43,939 nucleotides of DNA, taken from assembly GCA_965602215.1 (NCBI GenBank), contig CBFCYS010000002.1:1-43939 (forward strand). The letters are read 5' to 3'. The stretch comes from an uncultured bacterium. Lineage in GTDB: Bacteria; RBG-13-66-14; B26-G2; WVWN01. Shown piece by piece: positions 29,566 through 36,353 of the stretch (positions are counted from its first letter, which is position 1; each line of letters opens with the position of its first letter). A program made the position numbers and the translations under genes. Below the pieces are notes generated by a model. The model was not told where the DNA came from. It worked only from the letters and a program-made list of their open reading frames with translations, and searched no databases.

Positions 29566-30336
29566 CTAAAGAATAAATTCTCCTATTAGGTCATCTTTTT
29601 CACTCCATAATACGCTTTTAATTTCGTAATTATCTAAAGCTTCGACTACATTGGATACGGGCTTTGAATTAGTATCGTTGATAATCGCGTAAGCTACCGA
29701 TTCCGGAATACGTGCCCTTCTTGTGTCTAACCAAGCGAATACCATAGATTCCGCCCGTTCCCGAGTAGGTTTATTCATAGTCTGGATAAACCGTTCTGGG
29801 AATTCGCGCGATTTCGCGATAACGAAATCGAAAAGGTGGTCGTAACCGCTTATACCGGAGAATTTAACCTTTGGTATATATCTTACTTCGTTTTCGTCAA
29901 ACCAATTTTGAACGTCTTCAAAGAAGAGGCTAGGAACCGTCGGAACACTCATATAAAACAAATCGTTTACTGCTAGGATTGCTTGTACAAGGTTGTGTTT
30001 TTGGTACGCAAAATTACTTTTCGTCGCTAAAGCCGTGATTTCATCATTTATTAATTTCACACCGAAACCGTTTAAAGTTAGTTCAAGGAAGATTTGCCGT
30101 TTCGGTGTTGTTAATTCGCAACCCGAAATACTTAAATCGCGTATAGTATAACCGTCGTCCGTTAATTCGTATTTATCCGCCCCCTTTTTTTTAACGTATA
30201 TTTGTAAGTAATCGTTATGGCGGTCTAAATATGGCGTAGTGATTTCGACCCAATTATTTTCGAGTGCTCTCAATTGGGTTTTATCGTTTACCCATTTTAT
30301 ATAATCGTTTAATAATATCTGTATTTCTTCTATCAC
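29566..30336 (-). CDS. DUF1828/DUF1829-type protein (C-terminal restriction-endonuclease-like domain)
   Basis: [41 protein letters not shown]; AT-rich. Confidence 0.8.
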   Translation of the reverse strand: MIEEIQILLNDYIKWVNDKTQLRALENNWVEITTPYLDRHNDYLQIYVKKKGADKYELTDDGYTIRDLSISGCELTTPKRQIFLELTLNGFGVKLINDEITALATKSNFAYQKHNLVQAILAVNDLFYMSVPTVPSLFFEDVQNWFDENEVRYIPKVKFSGISGYDHLFDFVIAKSREFPERFIQTMNKPTRERAESMVFAWLDTRRARIPESVAYAIINDTNSKPVSNVVEALDNYEIKSVLWSEKDDLIGEFIL

Positions 30337-30785
30337 GTAAATAGCCCCTTTGTTATATTAGGTTTTCCGGTAATATTGCAATAGTCCATAAAATCTTCAA
30401 GAGTTTGGAATACGTCCGTCGGTTCGCGGAAATCCCCTTTGGGTATAGGGTATGCCCATTTATCTCCATAACCTTCGCGGTAGATATGTAAGTGAGGGGC
30501 AGGGACTTCTTCGCCATCTGGATTCCGGTGTGGTTTACTCCCTATATCCAACCTTAGGAGTATTATTACTTGCTGTACCCTGTTTTGGTAGGTGACTTTA
30601 TTTAAATCTATACGGCCTCGGGAAATATCTAATAAAAACTCTTCCCTCGCATCTATTGATATAAGCGGTACACTTATTTTTTCTCCGTGTAAGGGGAAAG
30701 TCCACGTTATCGAATTATCGCTACACCTTTTTTCTACGTCGATAAACGCTTGTGCTTCCCTTTGCGCGATTTTTATTTCCGCCAT
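30333..30785 (-). CDS. Conserved partner of DUF1828/1829 proteins (DUF6978-like)
   Basis: [38 protein letters not shown]; 4-bp overlap with the downstream gene; GGAGG RBS; AT-rich. Confidence 0.7.
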   Translation of the reverse strand: MAEIKIAQREAQAFIDVEKRCSDNSITWTFPLHGEKISVPLISIDAREEFLLDISRGRIDLNKVTYQNRVQQVIILLRLDIGSKPHRNPDGEEVPAPHLHIYREGYGDKWAYPIPKGDFREPTDVFQTLEDFMDYCNITGKPNITKGLFT

Positions 30786-30868
30786 TCGGAAAACCTCCCT
30801 TGAATATATTGATAACTTATATATCCGGCCCCGTCAACTCTTTATTTCCCTATTGGGTTCCCGTTTTC

Positions 30869-30894
30869 GTAGGGCCTGACCTTTAGGGCCGGCC
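30869..30894 (+). repeat. GTAG-type REP, subtype A, copy 1
   Basis: gtagggcctgacctttagggccggcc preceded by ttttc. Confidence 0.8.
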
Positions 30895-30899
30895 GACGG

Positions 30900-30962
30900 C
30901 GTCGTCATTTTTCCCCAAACGGCCTATCCCTAATCGCGAAGGCGAAGTGGCGGACCGTTCGG
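30900..30962 (-). repeat. Orphan duplicate of the 3' tail of gene 31551..31955
   Basis: Encodes RTVRHFAFAIRDRPFGEK* versus RTVRHFAFAIRDRPFGK* in the intact gene. Confidence 0.85.
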
Positions 30963-30972
30963 TAGTGCTTTC

Positions 30973-30998
30973 GTAGGGCCTGACCTTTAGGTCTGGCG
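30973..30998 (+). repeat. GTAG-type REP, subtype A, copy 2
   Basis: gtagggcctgacctttaggtctggcg preceded by ctttc. Confidence 0.85.
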
Positions 30999-31066
30999 GC
31001 GTTCAAGAAATAATAGCATCGCTTCGATGTATAAGGTATAATGGTGTAGCGTTACAGGAGGCCCAC

Positions 31067-31270
31067 GTGAAGATAAAAATAATAGTGCACGAGGCGGAAG
31101 AGGGCGGCTATTGGGCCGAAGTGCCGGGCTTGCCGGGTTGCTTCTCCCAAGGGGAGACCCGGGAGGAGCTTATGGCCAACGTCCGCGAAGCCATCGAGGG
31201 ATATCTCCTCGTGGCAAACGTCGAAGCCGGGGCGGAGGCGGGTGCCGAGGTAATCGAGCTCGCGGTATGA
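31067..31270 (+). CDS. hicB: HicB-family antitoxin (short, no DNA-binding extension)
   Basis: EEGGYWAEVPGLPGCFSQGETREE…EAI; AGGAGG RBS; TATAAT at 31037-31042. Confidence 0.9.
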   Translation: MKIKIIVHEAEEGGYWAEVPGLPGCFSQGETREELMANVREAIEGYLLVANVEAGAEAGAEVIELAV

Positions 31271-31476
31271 AGGCCCTCCGCGGCAAGGAGGTAGTGCGGC
31301 TTTTGGAGCGCTACGGTTGGGGGGTGGCGCGCGTTCACGGCAGCCATTACATTATGAAAAAAGAAGGCGAGCCGCGAGTTATAACGGTCCCCGTCCACGG
31401 CAATAGAACGCTCAAGCTCGGGATGCAGAAAGCGATTATAAAAATGGCGGGTATTCCCGAAGCCGATGTGAAATGA
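31267..31476 (+). CDS. hicA: HicA-family mRNA interferase toxin
   Basis: ATGA overlap with hicB; GW.VARVHGSHYIM, VPVHG..LK.G...AI.K.AG. Confidence 0.9.
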   Translation: MKALRGKEVVRLLERYGWGVARVHGSHYIMKKEGEPRVITVPVHGNRTLKLGMQKAIIKMAGIPEADVK

Positions 31477-31505
31477 TTCGCAGCTTTATCGCTAGTAATT
31501 CGAAA

Positions 31506-31529
31506 CCGGCCTTAGGCCGGCCTTTTTTT
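31506..31529 (+). terminator. Terminator after hicBA
   Basis: ccggcc-tta-ggccgg then cc and T7. Confidence 0.75.
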
Positions 31530-31550
31530 ATGTTACCGGCCATTTCGTCG

Positions 31551-31955
31551 TTATTTCCCAAACGGCCTGTCCCTGATCGCGAAGGCGAAGTGGCGAACCG
31601 TCCGGCCTCCCCGCGACGGCGACACGTTGCGGTACGCCACCGCGGCCCAGCGCGGCCCGGTTACGGTGAACTCCCGCCGCAAGGCCGCGCCGCCCTTCCG
31701 CGTCATCGCGCGCAGGACGTGGCGCCCCGTGGCGACCCGGACGTCGTACCGCCGCCAGCTGCGGCCGTAACCGGCGTAGAACGCCCCCGCCGCCACCGTC
31801 ACGCCGTCCACCGTGACCTTTATGTCTATGGGGTTGACGTCGACGCTCTGGTTGGCGACGTACAGCGTTAATTTATGGAACGGTACGTCGCGCGCAAATG
31901 CCCCGGCCGCGAAGGCCAGGGCCGCAAGTCCTATACAGAGCAGTTTTATCCGCAT
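31551..31955 (-). CDS. Secreted beta-rich hypothetical protein (gene X)
   Basis: Signal peptide MRIKLLCIGLAALAFAAGAFA; LYVANQS…IDIKVTVDG…GRHVLRA. Confidence 0.75.
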   Translation of the reverse strand: MRIKLLCIGLAALAFAAGAFARDVPFHKLTLYVANQSVDVNPIDIKVTVDGVTVAAGAFYAGYGRSWRRYDVRVATGRHVLRAMTRKGGAALRREFTVTGPRWAAVAYRNVSPSRGGRTVRHFAFAIRDRPFGK

Positions 31956-31981
31956 GATTTCGGGGGCGGCGGTTCCCGCCC

Positions 31982-32037
31982 TTACGGCTTCAAACTCGCG
32001 AACAGCTTCTCCTCCCAGTCGTCCTCGGGCGGCGGCG
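31982..32037 (-). repeat. Exact 56-bp duplicate of the 3' tail of gene 32713..33414
   Basis: 31982..32037 is identical to 32713..32768. Confidence 0.95.
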
Positions 32038-32049
32038 GCCTGCGCTTTC

Positions 32050-32075
32050 GTAGGGCCTGACCTTTAGGTCTGGCC
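32050..32075 (+). repeat. GTAG-type REP, subtype A, copy 3
   Basis: gtagggcctgacctttaggtctggcc. Confidence 0.9.
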
Positions 32076-32087
32076 GCCGCTTTTCGT

Positions 32088-32113
32088 GGGTGCGGCTGGA
32101 AGTACGGCCCTAC
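32088..32113 (-). repeat. GTAG-type REP, subtype B, degenerate copy supplying the RAYT stop codon
   Basis: Minus strand gtagggccgtacttccagccgcaccc; its TAG is the stop at 32110-32112. Confidence 0.65.
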
Positions 32114-32628
32114 TTGTTGCCTACCATAACCGAGTATAATATGTCCGGTACCGAACATACGAACGATCCCGAATTGGCGTATGAAGTCGGGTCGTCGGTT
32201 AAACGGCGGCGAACCGGATTAGCTAAAATGTACCGTGCGACTAATAACGAATCTTCGTCTTCGCGGAGTACGCGGTCGTAATAACCTCGTTGCCATAACG
32301 GCTCTCCCGCCGAACGTTTATGCCGGTAGGAACTCGTCTGTTTGAATACGCGAACGAACTCGCGGAGGTCGCTGGTCGCGCCCCCTTCAAGTAGGACGTG
32401 GGCGTGCTCAGGCATGAAACAATAACATAGCACGTCGAAACCGTAACCGCCGGCGGTTTCGGAAAGGGCCCGGATGGTTTCTGTGCCCGTCCACTCGTCC
32501 GCGAAAAAAGGCTGTTCCATATACGCGGTTAACGTTATGAAATACCGATACGGCCCGCGGTATTCGAACCCCGATAGCCGGGGGGAGGCGCGCCGTGTTC
32601 CGTATTTTGGGCCTCGTGGGCTGGTCAT
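32110..32628 (-). mobile_element. REP-associated tyrosine transposase (RAYT/TnpA-REP, IS200-like Y1 HUH)
   Basis: PRL..FEY…YFITL, HUH motif MPEHAH, FKQ..S, LWQRGYYDRVLR, catalytic Tyr in RYILANPV; flanked by GTAG hairpins. Confidence 0.92.
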
Positions 32629-32683
32629 GTTGTAATTAGCTAAACTCTAAAATATTGGGGTACATATTTTTATTTTCATTGGC

Positions 32684-32709
32684 GGCCGCACCTGAAGGTA
32701 CGGCCCTAC
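32684..32709 (-). repeat. GTAG-type REP, subtype B, copy 1
   Basis: Minus strand gtagggccgtacc-ttca-ggtgcggcc. Confidence 0.85.
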
Positions 32710-32712
32710 GCG

Positions 32713-33414
32713 TTACGGCTTCAAACTCGCGAACAGCTTCTCCTCCCAGTCGTCCTCGGGCGGCGGCGACCGGCGGCGATACGAGACGAAGGCGAAGATG
32801 AACGTCCCCAGCAGGACGTAGCCGATTATCCCCTCCGCGATGACTAAGAACATCACGTCCGGGCGGTCCTCCTTGGGAAGGATTTCGCCGGAGCCGAGCG
32901 TCGTCAGCGTATTGCCGCTGAAGTAAACGTAGTGGTACCAGCTTAGCTCGCGCTCGCCGAGCTGGTACTCGACGCCGGGCTCCGGGTAGCGATACAGCAG
33001 CGCGAAGCCCCCCAGCACGACGACGACGATGAAGACGAAGAGGCGCACCAGGCCGGAGGCCGATTGGCCGTGCCCCCCGGACAGCCACAGGAGGGACTCC
33101 GCCGCCCACGTCCCCCACCGGCCGTTGAGGCGGTCGCTGACGCGGCGGTAGAACAGCTGCTCGGGGTAGAGGCGGCGCGCCGCCTGCTGCAGGTCCGCGG
33201 CTATGAGGAGGCGCCGGGCGTACGCGATCCCGCGCTCGGTATACCGCGTCGCCTCCCGCGACTCCTCGCACCGCCGGGCCTCCCGCCAGATGGCGCGGAA
33301 CCTCTTGCGGAGGTCGCGGGGGACGTTGCCCTCGGCGGCCGCGGCCGCCACCTCCTCCAGCAGCTTCTTGAGGTCGCCCTTCCAGTCCCGGCATTCGTAA
33401 TCGTTGGATGCCAT
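32713..33414 (-). CDS. 2-TM potassium-channel-family (Ion_trans_2-like) protein (gene Y)
   Basis: TM helix, pore-helix motif YVYFSGNTLTTLGSGEILP, second TM with EGIIGYVLLGTFI. Confidence 0.75.
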   Translation of the reverse strand: MASNDYECRDWKGDLKKLLEEVAAAAAEGNVPRDLRKRFRAIWREARRCEESREATRYTERGIAYARRLLIAADLQQAARRLYPEQLFYRRVSDRLNGRWGTWAAESLLWLSGGHGQSASGLVRLFVFIVVVVLGGFALLYRYPEPGVEYQLGERELSWYHYVYFSGNTLTTLGSGEILPKEDRPDVMFLVIAEGIIGYVLLGTFIFAFVSYRRRSPPPEDDWEEKLFASLKP

Positions 33415-33468
33415 CGCTTATGCCTCTTCGGCCGGCTCTTCCGCCGCCTCTTCGGTGGCGGCGTTTTC

Positions 33469-33494
33469 GTAGGGGACGACCTTTAGGTCTGTCC
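33469..33494 (+). repeat. GTAG-type REP, subtype A, copy 4
   Basis: gtaggggacgacctttaggtctgtcc preceded by ttttc. Confidence 0.8.
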
Positions 33495-33533
33495 GCCGCG
33501 TTTCATAATCTAAGCCAAGCTGGAATCGTAGCG

Positions 33534-33725
33534 CTATTGTTTGTCGGGGGGAGCCCCGGCGGATGCGGGGCGGCGCAGGCCCAACTCCTCGCAGAACGCG
33601 GCGAACTCGCGATTGTCGCGCGCTACTAGTTCGTCGGGCGAAAGCCCCTCATCTTCGGCGGCGTGCCTTTCGCGGATGCTGTGCCACATTTCGTCTAATT
33701 CTTCGAAGTCCATCATTTCTCCCAT
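33534..33725 (-). CDS. Small acidic protein, putative antitoxin partner of the PIN protein
   Basis: Overlaps the 3' end of the PIN gene; 63 aa; no recognised domain. Confidence 0.55.
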   Translation of the reverse strand: MGEMMDFEELDEMWHSIRERHAAEDEGLSPDELVARDNREFAAFCEELGLRRPASAGAPPDKQ

Positions 33726-34189
33726 CGTTCTTCGGCCAATTCCTCCGGCGATAATATAATCGGGGTATGGAAGCCGAGAACGGTGTTTGCCGCCCGGACG
33801 AGCTCGCGCCGGCTTACGCGGACGATGTGACGGAAGTTGTAGCTTACCAGGAAGTCCAGCGCGTAGTAACTGGCGAACGCGACGTGGAGGGCGTCGTTGC
33901 GGTACTTAGCCGGGAAGATCCCGCGCGAGATGTATTCTCCCGCCAGAATCACGATGTCTTCCGTTTCGTCGAGCGGTAACGGATTCACATCCGCGATTAC
34001 GCGTTGCAAACGTTTCCGGATTTCTTGCGGTGCGTTTCTTACCTCCCGGCCCACGACCGGCGAGATATAGAATTCGAAGTCGTCCGCCCGGTTTAGCAAT
34101 TTACGCGCCGCCGTCCTGTAATAAGCGGGTTCGGCGTCGAATACGGCGCCCCAGACGGAAGTTTCGACGTATACTTTCCTTTTCCGCAT
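33713..34189 (-). CDS. PIN-domain (VapC-like) ribonuclease
   Basis: VYVETSVW, IS..V..E, DALHVAFA, LVSYNFRHIV. Confidence 0.85.
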   Translation of the reverse strand: MRKRKVYVETSVWGAVFDAEPAYYRTAARKLLNRADDFEFYISPVVGREVRNAPQEIRKRLQRVIADVNPLPLDETEDIVILAGEYISRGIFPAKYRNDALHVAFASYYALDFLVSYNFRHIVRVSRRELVRAANTVLGFHTPIILSPEELAEERWEK

Positions 34190-34216
34190 CGTTTTTATTA
34201 TACCAGAACTTTTATG

Positions 34217-34297
34217 GACCGTAAAGGCCGGCAGCGCCGTCGTTGCTTTTACCTAAACGGCCTATCCGCGAACGCGAGATGACGGACCGTCCGGCGA
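34217..34297 (-). repeat. Second, more decayed copy of the REP plus gene-X-tail unit
   Basis: gaccgtaaaggccggc…cgtcg…aaacggcctatcc(6-bp deletion)gcgaacgcg…cggaccgtccgg aligns to 30878..30962. Confidence 0.65.
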
Positions 34298-34304
34298 CGT
34301 TTTC

Positions 34305-34399
34305 GTAGCGCCTGACCTTTAGGTCTGTCCGCCGCGTTATGGGATAAGGGGCTTAAAGCCCTGGTTAACCGGCGGCCGCACCTGAAGGTACGGTCCTAC
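34305..34399. repeat. Inverted REP pair (A copy 34305..34330, B copy 34374..34399), REPIN/BIME-like
   Basis: gtagcgcctgacctttaggtctgtcc … ggccgcacctgaaggtacggtcctac, with an internal gggcttaaagccc hairpin; the B copy supplies the stop of the nuclease gene. Confidence 0.85.
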
Positions 34400-35355
34400 G
34401 TTTTGCCTTCGGCGTCTTCCGCGGTGACGGTTTCCGGCGGCGGCTCCGGTCGGCAGACCTTGAGGAACTTGCAGGTGCCGCAGCGCGCCGGGTCCTCGGT
34501 GCGGACGAACTGCTCCTCCGCCAGCGGCTCGTTGTTCTCCGCGTCGTCGAGCAGCGCGCGCATGTCGTCGAACGACGCCCGCATCCGCGTGAGCGTCGAC
34601 TCCAAGTCCTCGGGCCGGACCGGGAACTCGCGCGCGTCGTCGTGATAGAGGTTGTACTCCCGGGCGACGACGCCGGCGGGGTCCGCGCGCCAGCGGTGGC
34701 TGGCGTACAGCGCGTAGCAGCTCAGCTGCAGCGACGTGTCCTCCGTCATCCGCTTGCCGGTCTTCCAGTCGTAGATGATGACGCGGTCGTCCTCTCCCTT
34801 GTACGCGCAGTCCAATTTGACCCACACCTTGACGCCGTCGACGAAGAAGTGGGCCCACTCCTCGGCCTCGAGCCACGCCTGACGCGGCAGCTCGCACAGC
34901 CGCTCGAACACCGCCGAGCCGTAGAAGGTTCGCAGGCATCGCTCGACGTGCTGGGCGGCGTCCCGCCAGTCGTCTTCGCCGCGGGTGGTGCCGTACTCGT
35001 GTTCGAACAGGGCGCAGCTCTTGGGGCGCTGGCGGTAGCGGCCGTGCCAGCTCGAGACGTACTCCTGGCGCATCCGCTTGAGCGTGACGTCGACGACGCG
35101 GTCCGTGCCCAGGCCGGGTTGGCCCCAGCGCAGGTTCTGGATGGTGTGGTCGATGCAGTTGTGAACCATCTGGCCTATCCACGCCGGCAGCGTCGCGAGG
35201 TTCTTGAGGACGTATATCTCGCGGGTGCGCGGCGGCGCGTTGGCCGACCAGCCGCCCCAGAAACCGTAATACTCAAAATAGTACTTGCGCGGGCACCGGC
35301 GCAGAACGCCGTGGCGCGATTTCGACCAGGAGAAATTGTTCTTCAGGCCGGCCAT
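34396..35355 (-). CDS. PD-(D/E)XK nuclease, RecB/AddB/Cas4-like, with four Fe-S-type cysteines (gene Z)
   Basis: FSWS…CPRKYY, G..VH, VKLD, IIYDWKTG, QL..Y, C..C.F...C; start at MAGLK. Confidence 0.85.
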   Translation of the reverse strand: MAGLKNNFSWSKSRHGVLRRCPRKYYFEYYGFWGGWSANAPPRTREIYVLKNLATLPAWIGQMVHNCIDHTIQNLRWGQPGLGTDRVVDVTLKRMRQEYVSSWHGRYRQRPKSCALFEHEYGTTRGEDDWRDAAQHVERCLRTFYGSAVFERLCELPRQAWLEAEEWAHFFVDGVKVWVKLDCAYKGEDDRVIIYDWKTGKRMTEDTSLQLSCYALYASHRWRADPAGVVAREYNLYHDDAREFPVRPEDLESTLTRMRASFDDMRALLDDAENNEPLAEEQFVRTEDPARCGTCKFLKVCRPEPPPETVTAEDAEGKT

Positions 35356-35364
35356 AACGTCAAT

Positions 35365-35393
35365 ATTGTAATAAGCGCGCGCGTCGGGCGCAA
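35365..35393 (-). promoter_or_regulatory. Promoter of the nuclease gene
   Basis: Minus strand TTGCGC, 17 bp, TACAAT, ending 9 nt before the ATG. Confidence 0.5.
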
Positions 35394-35548
35394 GCCATTT
35401 CCGGCGCCTCAATTGTTATTAAACCAAACCCGGCGGGGAGGGGTCGTAATAGCCGAGGGCGCGGCCGCGAGAATGCTTTCATACGTTCGTTTCGCTTGAC
35501 TTAATGGGCGGCCCGCGTCCGGTGGTTTGCCCGGAAAGGAGTAACGGT

Positions 35549-36121
35549 ATGAAGGCGTATTTCGTAGCGATTTTATGCTTGGCCCTGGTGCCCGCGGCGG
35601 CGCTCGCTTTTACGGATTACGTAGACGAGTACGTCGACGAGGTGACCGACGAGCTGAACGAGTGGGGCATCCCGGTGGGCGGCGAGGCCGGCGACCCGGC
35701 AACCCCGGGCGACCCGGAAGCCCCCGGCGGTGCAACCCCACCGGAAACCCCGGAGGGCGTCACCCCGCCCGATACTCCGGCTGCGCCGGAGGGCCCCGCG
35801 AAAAAAGTTAAGAAGGATTACGCTCCCTACGGCGGCGAAGGAACGACGTTGTTTATAACCTCCTCGCCGACGGCCGCGCCGGTTAAAATAGACGGCCGCG
35901 ACGTCGGGTCTACGCCCACCTATTTCACGGATATCTCGCCGGGCCGGCACGCCGTTACGGTCGGCAAAGTCTCCGACGAGGTAGAGCTCAGGGCGGGAGG
36001 CGTGACCCACCTCGACGTTACGTACGTGGATACGCCCGAAGAAGACGCCGACGGCCGGGCCATGGCCGGTAATTACGTTGATAATCGCGATAACTGCTTC
36101 GAGCTCCACATCGGCAAATAA
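35549..36121 (+). CDS. Exported PEGA-domain protein with Pro-rich linker
   Basis: AGGAG RBS, signal peptide, LFITSSP..A.V.IDG..VG.TP…PGRH.VTV. Confidence 0.75.
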   Translation: MKAYFVAILCLALVPAAALAFTDYVDEYVDEVTDELNEWGIPVGGEAGDPATPGDPEAPGGATPPETPEGVTPPDTPAAPEGPAKKVKKDYAPYGGEGTTLFITSSPTAAPVKIDGRDVGSTPTYFTDISPGRHAVTVGKVSDEVELRAGGVTHLDVTYVDTPEEDADGRAMAGNYVDNRDNCFELHIGK

Positions 36122-36161
36122 CGGATGGTTTTGGTTCTTTCGAACCGACTTCTAACCCTCG

Positions 36162-36192
36162 GGCGCGCTCGTTGGAGCGCGCCTTTTATTTT
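36162..36192 (+). terminator. Intrinsic terminator
   Basis: ggcgcgctc-gttg-gagcgcgcc-ttttattttt. Confidence 0.75.
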
Positions 36193-36232
36193 GCCATAGG
36201 GCGCCATTTATGTTATAAATTAACTATAAAAT

Positions 36233-36304
36233 GCGGGCGTAATTCAGGGGTAGAATACAAGCTTCCCAAGCTTGGTGTCGAGGGTTCGAATCCCTTCGCC
36301 CGCT
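36233..36304 (+). tRNA. tRNA-Gly (anticodon CCC), CCA not encoded
   Basis: Acceptor GCGGGCG/CGCCCGC, anticodon arm CAAGC-TTCCCAA-GCTTG, T arm GAGGG-TTCGAAT-CCCTT, U discriminator; TTGCCA-17-TATAAA promoter at 36191-36219. Confidence 0.95.
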
Positions 36305-36353
36305 CATTCTGGGCGTCGGCCGGCGCGGCCCGGCGCCCGTTTTATAAACGGCT

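Noticed and set aside
30864-34399. CRISPR array (repeats near a Cas4-like nuclease)
   Set aside because: Repeats are irregularly spaced, in both orientations and separated by whole genes; they are GTAG hairpins beside a RAYT; no cas1/cas2 in the window
30864-34399. Classical integron with attC sites
   Set aside because: No tyrosine integrase, and the repeats lack RYYYAAC/GTTRRRY ends
36233-36304. tRNA-Gly as integration site of the accessory region
   Set aside because: No duplicated tRNA 3' end or integrase seen in the window
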